From positions 20,646,001 through 20,710,000 of the forward strand of contig CM069143.1 in the NCBI GenBank assembly GCA_035221665.1: a stretch of 64,000 nt of DNA. The letters are read 5' to 3'. Positions 26,795 through 37,270 of this stretch are shown here, piece after piece. Positions within the stretch are counted from its first letter, which is position 1. The number at the start of each line of letters is the position of its first letter. The translations under genes were made by a program, and so were the position numbers. This DNA is from Okamejei kenojei. Taxonomy: Eukaryota. The notes beneath the pieces are model-generated. The model was given only the letters and a program-made list of their open reading frames with translations. It was not told the origin of the DNA and did no database searches.

Positions 26795-27640
26795 AAGAGG
26801 TGGCATTCAGCCACCTGAATGCCATTCACTAAGGTTAGGGTTAAGCTGATCTTTTACCTCCGAAACATTTTTCTGTACTATCGCCATTGTTTCCTTTAAT
26901 ATCAAAATATCTTTCGATCTTTGCTTTGAATATGCTCAGCAATTGAACCTCACAGCCCTCTTGGGTGTCGAAGTTGCAAAGACTCACTGCCCACTGGATG
27001 AAGAAATGTCTCCTTCTCTGAGATTTGAACGGTTGATCCCTCATTTAAGGGCCCGTCCCACCAGCGTGCGACTCCATGCGGTGAGCGCGACCAAACCGGC
27101 AGCAGGAGCCGCGCGGAGGCCGGGCGAGTGGCGCAAAGTTGGAGCGAAGTCCGCGGTAAGTTTGCAAGGACAGAGGGACACACAGAGAGAGGCATGGAGG
27201 CACACAGAGAGAGGGCCACGGAGGCACACAGAGAGAGGGCCACGGAGGCACATATAGAGAGGGTCATGGAGGCACATATAGAGAGGGACACGGAGGCATG
27301 ATGTCGAGGCGGCTGCAGGCCGACAGGCCGTTGCCGCGCAGAATTTTTGAACACTGTCAGTTTTTCAGAGCCCCGCGCGATGTCGGGACCAGCTCCGCAC
27401 AACTCCATACGGCTCCGGCGATTGAAGTAGGACCGGCCCCGCGAGGCCAGACGGCTCAAGCGACCACGTTAGTTCCCGCTCACCGCATGGAGTCGCATGC
27501 TGATGGGACAGGCCCTTTAGTCACTACATTTCCAGACATTCCAATCTGTCATCAACCTGCCTTGTCAGGGCCTCCGATAATGTTGTTTCAATGAGTTTAC
27601 TCATATCTTCTAAATTTTGGAGAATTTAGGCCTGTGGGTT
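26795..27640 (-). mobile_element. CR1 LINE 3' fragment split by a Harbinger MITE
   Basis: Minus-strand RRHFFIQWAVSLCN..LSIFKAKIERYFD is a CR1 C-terminus. Confidence 0.7.
27048..27516. mobile_element. PIF/Harbinger MITE
   Basis: TTA|AGGGCCCGTCCCACCAGC...GCTGATGGGACAGGCCCT|TTA with ~35-bp TIRs, a 3-bp TTA TSD and an internal 24-bp tandem repeat (27175-27298). Confidence 0.9.
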
Positions 27641-28379
27641 TATTTCTTCCTCTCACTAATTCCCCACCCCCACAAACACACTGCCCCCATCCCAGTTATC
27701 AATCATCATAGTGCTCTCTCAATTCACATGCACAGGATAAAAAGCACAGTTGCTCTTTATTATGTGGGGCAACACTGAGAGTTTTGGCTTTCACATTCTT
27801 CCAAATCCAGCCCAATATCAGATAGAATCTAAAATGAATGAAAGAGTGACATTTTGAATGTTTAAATATTTTGAAATATTTAATGCATATTTTCTGCAGG
27901 CATTTTGTCATGACAGATTTAATTATGCGCTGTTCGGTTTCTGATGAACATGTAATACTGCTCACTTTGTAGTTTTATGGCAGAAATACCTCATAGGCTA
28001 GGCATGTTAATCCTGGCCAAATTGGAGAGGCTAGGACCCTAAAATTGAGTAAAGGCTTCAGGGCTGCTGGGCCATTTGATCAATTTAAAAGTGCTTTCTG
28101 TACAAATGAGATAAGCTGCAGAATTGCGCCAGTTTGTCTAGAGCCTAGATCAGAGCTGCAGGAAGAGAATGGGATCATCTGGAGACCCTGACAATTAGGT
28201 GCAAAATGCATAGAATGGATTGGATGAATGCAAACCAGACATACACATTGTAAATAATGTTCCAAAGCTTTACTTTGCTGGATGTTGATTGGATTAAGTA
28301 TTGAGCCATGTCTGGTTTTATTGCATATCAGGGCTCATGTTGCGATGTTCGTTTCCTCTGAGAAACACTGTTTGAATAC

Positions 28380-28736
28380 AATGTATTAGCTACTTTATTA
28401 TTGGGTTAGGGAAATGTATGGGGTTAATCGATATCTGTAATTGGATTGTAAAGAGACCACCCCCATGTGGTTTGGCCCCTCGAGGTCCGGGGACCTTAAA
28501 AGTCTGCTACCACGAGGTCCCACGTCGATCTTCTGAGGAAGCGCTTAGGACTGCTTGACCTTCTGGAGTGTCTCTGTTTGAGCGAGGCCAAGAGGACTTG
28601 ATCAGGCAGATACGAGGATCGAACCTGCAGTGGTTAGGTACAGTAGTGGGGAGTGTAATTGTGTTTTGTCAAAATAAAATTTAGATGGGCAAGTGCTTGA
28701 CTCAGCGATTTTGACTGAAACTAGACTGGGGGAAGC
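28380..28736 (+). mobile_element. Possible truncated LTR-like fragment
   Basis: TATA-like TTAAAAG (~28496) and downstream AATAAA (~28673) in an LTR-like layout. No clear termini or TSD were found. Confidence 0.3.
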
Positions 28737-30269
28737 TTAGAAGTCGGAGTCACGAGAGTGATTTTACTTCGGAGTCACGAGAGTGACTTTGTGAAGACCC
28801 CGCCAGCATGCATGCACGACATATCGTCGTACGTATTGCACAGCGATAGGCTGGGAGGAGCGTTGCTCCTCTACTGGCAAGTTTAAAAAAGGAACCCTCA
28901 GGTAAGTACCGCTAACCTAGAGTGGTTAGGGCACTCTGCTTTCCTATTTGTATTCCAGAGTACCCACTACCTTGAGCAATGGAAAAAATTTGAGGAAAGA
29001 AACGGGCCGCTACCCGACAGACTGCGGACCGCGGGACCGCAGGCAGTAAACAGTGGGCAACACCTGAGCTGGCCGTTGAGCATTCGGCAGCCCCCGACTT
29101 CCTGCCGCTACAGTCCGGAGGAACACCGCGGACTGGTGGTAAAGCCACCCGGAAGTCGGCCAGCCCCATTGACTCGGCTGAGTCCGGGCCTGACGACCTG
29201 CCGTTCGCGGGTAGCGACAGCGGTCAATTATCCCGCATGGAGCGGATTGTGGAGCAGGTCCTCCAACGTGACCTACTCCAGCAGGAGTCTGGTCACCGTG
29301 GGTCTCTTCGCAGACCCACGGCAGTCCCCTTTTCAGGGCTGCCCAATGTCTCACCCTCTTCGCAGGGGAGCATTAGGAGTCAGGGCTGGGCTGACTCTGA
29401 AGAGGGGTTGGCTGAAGAACCCAATATGCTTGGAGTGCAGAAAGAAGAGCTCCTGGGTATGGTATCGAAATTTGCAATACCATCCCAGAAGTGACAGCCG
29501 TTACAACCGCAGCTGGCGGAGAGCATTAATTACCTAACAACACACCAGCTGCAGGAGCAAGTTATCACTGATACCATGGCCAAATACCTTGCTCCAGAGA
29601 ACAGTGTGTCTCTCAATGTACCGGCAGTCAACAACCCCATCTGGGGGAACATTAGTCCCGGCATCAGGGCTCAAGAGATCAAGATGCAGAAGATATTAAA
29701 GTTGATAACTGTGGGAATTACAGCATTTGCCAGATCTATAGATGGCACTGATATGACGGATGAGCAACAGGACGCTTTGGCACTACTTTGCAACGTCCAG
29801 TTTGAAATTAACTGCTTCAGAAAAAGCACGATCCATCCTACACTCAACCCTAAATTCGCAGGGTTGTGTAAAACTAGTAGCACACCGCTGCCTACTCTGC
29901 TGTTCGGGGACAACATTCCGAAACAGGTTAAAGACCTTGATGAAGAAGCAAAAGCGGTGGGCATGATCAAGGCACCGACTATCATCAGGTCAACAGTCAG
30001 CTGGCGGCAGCACCCCTATGCAACCACCAACAGGGCCCGCTACCATAACGACAGGACAGCGGGTGAAACACCGAAGGCCGCACAACCCACACAAAGGTCT
30101 TTTATAGGCCGTCCCAGATTGGCCTTCCTGGAAAATGCGGCAACCCCACACCACAGCATCTCCACCTCCCAAGAACCAAGGATGGAAGAAGCTGACCCAG
30201 TGCCACCGGTAACCATGGAGGTAGGTGGGTCTGGTTGCCTTGGGAATATCGCATATGTAACTTCACAAA

Positions 30270-33200
30270 TAGGGGGTAGATTACACTTGTTTTGGGATGC
30301 ATGGAGATCTATAACTTCTGATCTCTTTATATTACACAGTAATGAGGGATACAAAATTGAATTAATTGACAAACTCCTCCTACCAGTTCAACATGTACCT
30401 AGCCAGAAATTTGTGCTTTCACAAAAAGAGAAAGTGGAAGGTCATGCGGAACTACTTAGATTGTATTCTAAAGCCCCTATCCCACTTAGGAAACCTGAAC
30501 GGAAACTTCTGGAGACCGTATGCCCCACCCAGGTTTCCATGAAGTTCCCAGAGGTTCCCGTGAGGTTCCCGGGGGTTCTGGTCATTCTCCACGAGTCACC
30601 AGAGGTTCTGGTCAATTGCCTGGAGAGCCTCAACCGAAGCGTGAGCTGCATCTTTGCTGCCGACCGGGCACACACACACAAACACATCGTGAAGGTGGGG
30701 GCCAGGGACAGCGGAGGAGCGCTCTCTGCGTGTTAAAGAAGAAAGTAAACGGCTGCCACAGAGCACGGTAAGTCCTTTAGAGAGCGCGGGAGGGAGGGAG
30801 AGAAGGACAGAGAAGGGGAGAGAAGGGGAGAGAATGGGGGGAGAAGGAGTGGAGACAGTTTAAATAAGTTTAATAAAGTTAGCGGGCATTTTACCTTCCG
30901 GCAGATCTTCCCACTTAGGAAACCTGAACGGAAACCTCTGGAGACCTTGCACCCCACCCAAGGTTTCCATGAGGTTCCCGGAGGTTCCTGTCACTCTCCC
31001 TAATTGTGGAAAGTGGTTTCCGCATATTCGCGGCTTCTGCTATGTTCCTGCGATTATTTCAAAAACCCCAAAACAGGCTGCAACTAAAAATAGGTTGCCG
31101 TTTTGTCGAACCCAGTGGTGGGGTCGCATTTTTACTTACAGCCAATCGAAGGCCTTCACTGACCGGCCAGTCTGATTGGCTCATTGGAGTTTTCAGCAAA
31201 TAAATCTTATTTGGTTTTCAGGACCTAGAAGATCCACCGGAAGGTAAAATGCCTGCTAACTTTATTAAACGTCCTAAAACTATCTCCACTCCTTCTCTCT
31301 CCCCTTCTCTCTCCCCTTCTCTCCCCTTCTCTCTCCCTTTCTCTGTCCTTCTCTCCCTCCCTCCCGTGCTCTCTGAAGGACTACCCGTGCTCTGTGGCAG
31401 CCGTTTACTTTCTTCTTCACACTCAGAAAATGCTCCTCCGCTGTCCCTGGCCCCCACCTTCGCGATGTGTTTGTGTTTGTGTGTGTGTTTGTGCGCGCGC
31501 GGTCGGCTTTGGTCAGTAGATGCAGCTCACGCTTCGGTTGAGGCTTTCCAGGCAATTGACCAGAACCTCTGGTGACTCATGGAAAATGACCGGAACCCCC
31601 GGGAACCTCACGGGAACCTCATGGAAACCTTGGGTGGGGCACACGGTCTCCAGAGGTTTCCGTTCAGGTTTCCTAAGTGGGACAGGGGCTTAAGGGAGTA
31701 ATAGAGAAAACAAAACATGAACCTCTTGAGTTTGTATCAAACATCTTCACCAAAACCAAAAAAGATGGTGGATGCCACATTATCATTGACTTGACACAAC
31801 TGAATACTTTCGTGCAATATACCCACTTCAAAATGGAAACATTTGTAACTGCTAGTTTCCAGAGGTTACTTTATGGCTTGCATCGACCTAAAAGATGCAT
31901 ACTCTTCAGTACCCATACATGAAGATCACTGCAGATATTTGAAATTTATCTGGATGGGGCAGCTATGGCAGTATATAGTGCTGCCTAATGGACTAACAAC
32001 AGCCCCCAGACTATTTACCAAAATACTGAAACCAGCATTGGCGTCTCTTCGGAAACAAAAGCATATTGTCATGGCGTATCTTGATGACATCCTAATTGTG
32101 GAGAAAACCTTGGACTGGCTAAATTGGCTGTAACAACCACCAAGCTTCTATTATAAAAACTGGGATTTATCATCCATCCAGACAAACCCAAGTTAAAGCC
32201 TTCTGTAATAATGGATTATCTGGGGTTCACGATCGACTCTGTTCATATGACTGTCACCTTGCCAAAAAGCAAGGCGACAGACTTAATAGAGGCTTGCAAT
32301 AGCCTTGTTTGCGCCAGTAAACCAACCATTCGACATGCTGCCAGGGTAATCGGGAAACTTGTGGCTGCATTTCCAGCCAGACAATATGGACAGTTACATT
32401 ACCAAAATTTACAAAGAGCCAAAATTTCAGCACTCAAATCTCACGCTGGTTATTTTGACAGGCCTATGCAGCTACCGGCCAAAGCAAAAATCGAATTGCG
32501 ATGGTGGATTAGCAATATTCGACATTGCTTTAATGCCATCACAATCACAAACCCTTCGGTTGTGTTACAAACTGACGCCAGCGCTCATGGCTGGGGAGCT
32601 ACAAATACCACCTCCAGTTGTGGTGGTAGATGGAATACACACAAATCTACCTTACTTCGGACACAAGGTATTAATTATTTGGAAATGTTGGGAGCGTTTT
32701 ATGGACTGCAGGCCTACTGTACAGATATGCACTCTCTGCATGTTCGCCTACAAATAGATAACACCACAGTGGTGGCATATAGTAATCATATGGGTGGTAT
32801 CAAGTCGATATCTTGTGATGAATTAGCAAATTCAATCTGGCACTGGTGCATAGAAAGAAACATTTGGATATCAGCTACCTACCTTCCAGGTAAGCTCAAC
32901 ACAGTGGCGGACACCACGTCACGCATATTCAATGACAACACCGAATGGATGATGAACCACCAGGTATTTACCAACATTATAGCTAGGTATGGAACGCCAG
33001 ATATCGACCTTTTTTCATCTAGACTTAACCATCAGATACCAACATATGTCGCATGGGAACCAGATCCTGGGGCAGTAGCGATGGATGCTTTCTCGCTACA
33101 CTGGGGGGATTTGTTTTTCTATGCATTTCCCCCTTTCTACCTCATCAGTTGGGTATTGCGGAAAATTCAATTAGACTCCGCATCAGGGATTCTGATAGTA

Positions 33201-33359
33201 CCCGACTGGCCTACGCAGCCATGGTTCCCTGTGGTCCTCGACATGGTGAAAGAACCATGTCTCCCGATTCCCAAATGCCCGAATCTCCTGGTACATCCCG
33301 TGACAGGGGAAAATCATCCGTGCCATGATTACATGAACCTGTTGGCTTGCAGATTCTGA
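30270..33359 (+). pseudogene. DIRS copy 3 pol (RT, RNase H, methyltransferase-like), disrupted
   Basis: Motifs GGRLHLF, IDLKDAY, YLDD, TDASAHGWG, INYLEM, DLFSSRLNHQ, YAFPPF and PDWPTQPW. Interrupted by a MITE and frameshifts; the C-terminal 382 aa are open. Confidence 0.92.
30472..31690. mobile_element. PIF/Harbinger MITE, long fold-back (1219 bp)
   Basis: TAA|AGCCCCTATCCCACTTAGG...CCTAAGTGGGACAGGGGCT|TAA with ~430-bp inverted arms and a third TIR copy at ~30910. Excision restores LYSKGVIEK. Confidence 0.93.
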
Positions 33360-34330
33360 ATAGACCTCTCCTGGAGTTCGGGCTGATGGACAGGACCATG
33401 AACATCATCACGGCGTCGTGCAGGGAGTCCACCAGGAGACAATACCTCACCTATGATAAAAAATGGGAGGTATTTTGTTCCAGGACTGGCACCACATACA
33501 ACTCTGCCACCGTTACGGACGTACTGGAATTCCTGGCTAGCCTTCATTACGTTGAGGGCCTCAGTTATAGTGCCATCAACTGCGTTAGGAGTGTTTTATC
33601 GTCCTACCTCGGGCTTGGGATAGAACACCTTGGAGTGGGATCCCATCCGCTGGTGTCTAAACTTATGAGGGGCATTTTTAATTATAATCCTCCCAGGACT
33701 CGATATTCTCAAACCTGGGATATTGGACTGGTCTTGTCCCTGCTTTGGGATTGGGCTCCAGTCATGTCACTCTCAGTGACCAAGCTCACCTACAAGGTAG
33801 TGATGCTGATGGTACTTGTTACTGCACAGTGGGTCCAGACCCTGCATAAATTAAAATTGGATACCATGGTATCGACTCCAAATAAGGTGACCTTTTATAT
33901 AAACAAGTTACTTAAACATAACCGACCTGGGTCATCTGGCCTAAAATTGGAGTTTCTGGCCAATCCATTAGACAGATGCCTTTGTATAACTACCCACATT
34001 CGGCATTACCTAGAGGTCACTAAAAATCTCAGGGGTATGGAAATGGGCCTTTTAATCAGTTTTAAATGCCCTCACCACAGGGTAACTGTACAGACCATTT
34101 CAAGGTGGCTCAGGGTGGTGTTAGGTGCAGCAGGGGTAGACACTGATGTTTTCAAATCGCATTCTACCAGGGTTGCATCTACATCAGCGGCGAGGATGAT
34201 GGAAGTTCCCATGGACCACATCCTCGCAACGGCGGGTTGGTCCAATGAGTCAACTTTTCAATGGTTTTATAACAAACCTGTGACCACACCTGCAACTTTT
34301 GCAGATACTATTTTAAGTTCTTTTTCTTAA
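33347..34330 (+). CDS. DIRS copy 3 tyrosine recombinase, full-length ORF but first catalytic Arg replaced by Trp
   Basis: 327-aa open frame with HSTR, AGW and FYNKP. TAQWVQ stands where copy 1 has SAQRVQ. Confidence 0.85.
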   Translation: MQILNRPLLEFGLMDRTMNIITASCRESTRRQYLTYDKKWEVFCSRTGTTYNSATVTDVLEFLASLHYVEGLSYSAINCVRSVLSSYLGLGIEHLGVGSHPLVSKLMRGIFNYNPPRTRYSQTWDIGLVLSLLWDWAPVMSLSVTKLTYKVVMLMVLVTAQWVQTLHKLKLDTMVSTPNKVTFYINKLLKHNRPGSSGLKLEFLANPLDRCLCITTHIRHYLEVTKNLRGMEMGLLISFKCPHHRVTVQTISRWLRVVLGAAGVDTDVFKSHSTRVASTSAARMMEVPMDHILATAGWSNESTFQWFYNKPVTTPATFADTILSSFS

Positions 34331-35179
34331 TTTCCCCGAAGTTAGGGGTTTATTATTTGTTGTTAATACATACATTATTGTTTTTCAGCTCTGTTCCAAG
34401 TCTGAAATATGTTAACATACTTCCTCCATTAGTCATTATGGCAGTGTGTGAGCATGGACTCGTTTTCAGGGCATGAAATCACAGAGCTTTGAAATCTTCA
34501 CGAAGTCACTCACGTGACTCCTAAGTAAAATTGTAAGATTAAACGAGAACTTACCAGTGATCCTTATTTTATGAGGAGTTACGATGAGGGATTTTGTGCC
34601 CTCCCAACCCTCTATTATAAGGTCAACTGGTATGTTAGTTCTCTTATCTGACTATCTTCAGTCAACTCTACTATCTGTGATTTCACACGGCTGCTTTGAA
34701 GAATGTCACGCATGCGTGCTGGCGGGGTCTTCACAAAATCCCTCATTGTAACTCCTCATAAAATAAGGATCAAACTTCGAATTAGTAAGTTCTCGTTTAA
34801 CTTACTATTAATTCTCAAGAAAAGTAAGTAGATTCAACACAACTGAAGATGTGTCTGATTGTTAGCAGAATTCACCTAGTGGTCATACCCAAGAATGTCA
34901 ATTGTAGTGAAATCTTAGGGATTGTAACATCCAGTCCTAATAATCAATTACTATTTACAGACACACCAATGATCTTTAAATCAAAGACCATCAAATCCTA
35001 GATCCTTGGGCAATTAAGGGAGGACATTTGAGGGGTACTGGATAGCATCACATGAAAATCATAAACCCTAATGGGATTTTATGAGCTTCTGAATACAAAC
35101 AAATCAAATAGATTTTCAAGGATAACAAATTTTCCAGCTACATACTCCATAGCCAATGATCAATTCTAAGTAAATAAAT

Positions 35180-36190
35180 ACTGAGTGGCTGCATCACGGC
35201 CTGGCTCAACATCATGAATACCCAGGAACAAAGGAGACGATTGAGAGTGGTGGAAAGCTTGCTTCATCACAGGTACTGACCTTCCCATCATCAAAGGTAT
35301 GTGTAGGAGACACTGCCTCAAAATGGCAACCAGTATCATCAAACATCCACACCACACAGGTCATGCTCTCATTTCGCTACTACCATTGGGAAGGAGGAAC
35401 AGGAGCCAGAAAATGGTGATCACCAGTATCAAGAGCAACTTTTTCCCAGCAACCATCAGGCTCCTGAACACTATACACATTAACCTCAGCAACTGCGATC
35501 TTCTACGGACTGTGTCTTTGATTTCATTTCAGATTTAGTATTGCATTATTCTGGTTACCTGGGTTATTTATTTATTATTATTATTAGTTATTAATATATT
35601 GTATTATTACCTATATAAGGTAGTTTTACTGGGCAATTTTAGTTCGTATTTTGATTGGTCAAAAAACGCGCAGTTTCCAGCGGGCAATATTACTTGGTAT
35701 TTTTCTTCTTCCGAGTTTCGCCATTGACTTTACGTAGAAAAACTGCGGTCAATCACAAAGATGAAATATTACGAACCCTGGGCGTACATCCGGGACACGA
35801 ACCCGGCCAAAGTTCACCGCGAAGAATCATGTCACGGCGCAGTGTAGTGCACTGTATGCAATACGTGCACGAGAAAATGCAGACGATCGTGTGAATCTTA
35901 GGAATTATTTTAATTTATGTGGGGATAGGTAATAATTATAATATTGACTGGCTTCTTTCGGGAGACACCAGGAAATATTGCTTCGACTTCGTCTTCGACT
36001 CGGGCAATATGATTTAAGTTTGGGCAATATTTCCTGGTGTATCCCTCAAGGCCAGTCAATATTATATAATTATTGATTATTATATATTTATCTGTGATAT
36101 ATTGCTTTTACAGGCTTGTTAAGCTGCAGCGAGTAAGAATTTAATCGTTCTGTTGCCAGTACATATGACAATTAAATATGCTTGACCATT
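35180..36190 (+). mobile_element. Rex1/Babar-type LINE 3' end split by a hairpin element
   Basis: LSGCITAW...LLPLGRRNRS...NFFPATIRLLN C-terminal motifs and a tail ending atatgacaattaaa. Confidence 0.7.
35613..36069 (+). mobile_element. Crypton-like non-autonomous element with 3' terminal hairpin
   Basis: CpG-rich 457-bp insert bounded by ATATAA direct repeats. A long hairpin at 35938-36065 (ATAATATTGACTGGC...GCCAGTCAATATTAT) has inner arms ACACCAGGAAATATTGC / GCAATATTTCCTGGTGT. Family assignment is by recalled resemblance only. Confidence 0.55.
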
Positions 36191-37258
36191 GAGTGGAATA
36201 TGCAAGGGGATTAAATCGGAGTTACAGTAATGTTGGGAATACAATTGATAAATTAGCTCCCCATGTTTTAAATTTGAAAGAATATATTTTGCAGATCGGC
36301 TATTTGAATTTAAGAAGGCTGAATTAATTCTACAGGTTTTTGGCTGCAACAGAGTTGAATAATTGGACAAAGTCGTACAAGCACAACCAATTTGCTGGTG
36401 AGAGTGAAATTATTGGAATAGAAAGATGCAGCAAAAGATGCCGGATGCACTAACCAAATGCTAAATAAACTTTAACATGGACAGGCTAAGGAAAGAATTA
36501 TCGATTTCAGTAAACAGAAAAATAAAAGGAAGCAATTAAAAAGAATTGCAGAGAATGTGAAAAGTTGGCTAGAGTTATGCTGAAACTTAATGAAGTGTTA
36601 ACCAGATCATAGTTATTGGCCATAAAAAGCACAGATGAATAAACCTTCAAAGAGAACTACAACAAAAGACAAGACAAACTTAATGGTTGCTGTTTGGAAA
36701 GGGATTAGTAGGGAGTTTTAAATTGCATTCTACAGTTATGGTAGAGCAGCAACAAATATTCATATAGAACTTCAAAATGTTGCAAATAAACACGATTTGA
36801 AACAGCTGCATATGGAGAAGTCAGGATTCATAAACAAAGAGGTGGGATTTAAGCACCACCTTGATGAAGGAAAGGCAGGTAAAGAGTCCAAGAGGAGCAG
36901 AGAAATGGAATATTATTTAAAGGAACGATTAAAGAATGGGATTAAAATACATGAAAATCTGTTAAAAATAAACGTTACAAAAAACATTAGGAAGAAATTC
37001 TATGAAAGACTGCTTGGAATATTTTTTCAGAAAGTGTATAATTATCCTTGTTGTTCAGTGCAATTTTACATTTGGCAATATCTGTAGATCTGTAAATTTT
37101 ACCCTGTACACCCATGTCTAAATCATTTGATTTTTATCAAGGACAGTAGTATTCTCCATGGTGACCCCTGAGAAATTACAATAAACATCATTGTAACGTC
37201 TGAAAAGGCTATTTTACTTCGGAGTCACTTGAGTGATTCCGTGAAGAAGCCCCACCAG

Positions 37259-37270
37259 TGCGCATGCGCA
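37259..37270. promoter_or_regulatory. NRF1-type palindrome in DIRS left ITR
   Basis: TGCGCATGCGCA, mirrored in the right ITR at ~45193-45203. Copies 1 and 2 also carry a TCACGTGA E-box at the left terminus. Function is inferred. Confidence 0.4.

Larger units (their letters stand above)
28761..34809 (+). mobile_element. DIRS retrotransposon copy 3 (subfamily C), best-preserved ORFs, with nested MITE
   Basis: ATT junctions, ICR ~34494-34598, gag from ATG 28979, pol to 33359 and YR 33347-34330. Confidence 0.95.

Noticed and set aside
26943-27594. Cluster of 68-169-aa ORFs
   Set aside because: They derive from a GC-rich MITE with a 24-bp tandem repeat inside a CR1 fragment.
30095-30115. -1 ribosomal frameshift site at the gag/pol overlap
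   Set aside because: The sequence is TCTTTTATAGG, not an intact TTTTTTA heptamer, and the region is not alignable in the other copies.
29576-30736. 386-aa ORF as a novel protein
   Set aside because: It is a chimera of DIRS gag, the start of pol and read-through into the Harbinger MITE inserted at 30472.
33347-34330. Phage integrase or bacterial contamination (YR plus Dam-like domain)
   Set aside because: Both domains are normal DIRS components and sit within ITR/ICR-bounded elements in vertebrate DNA.
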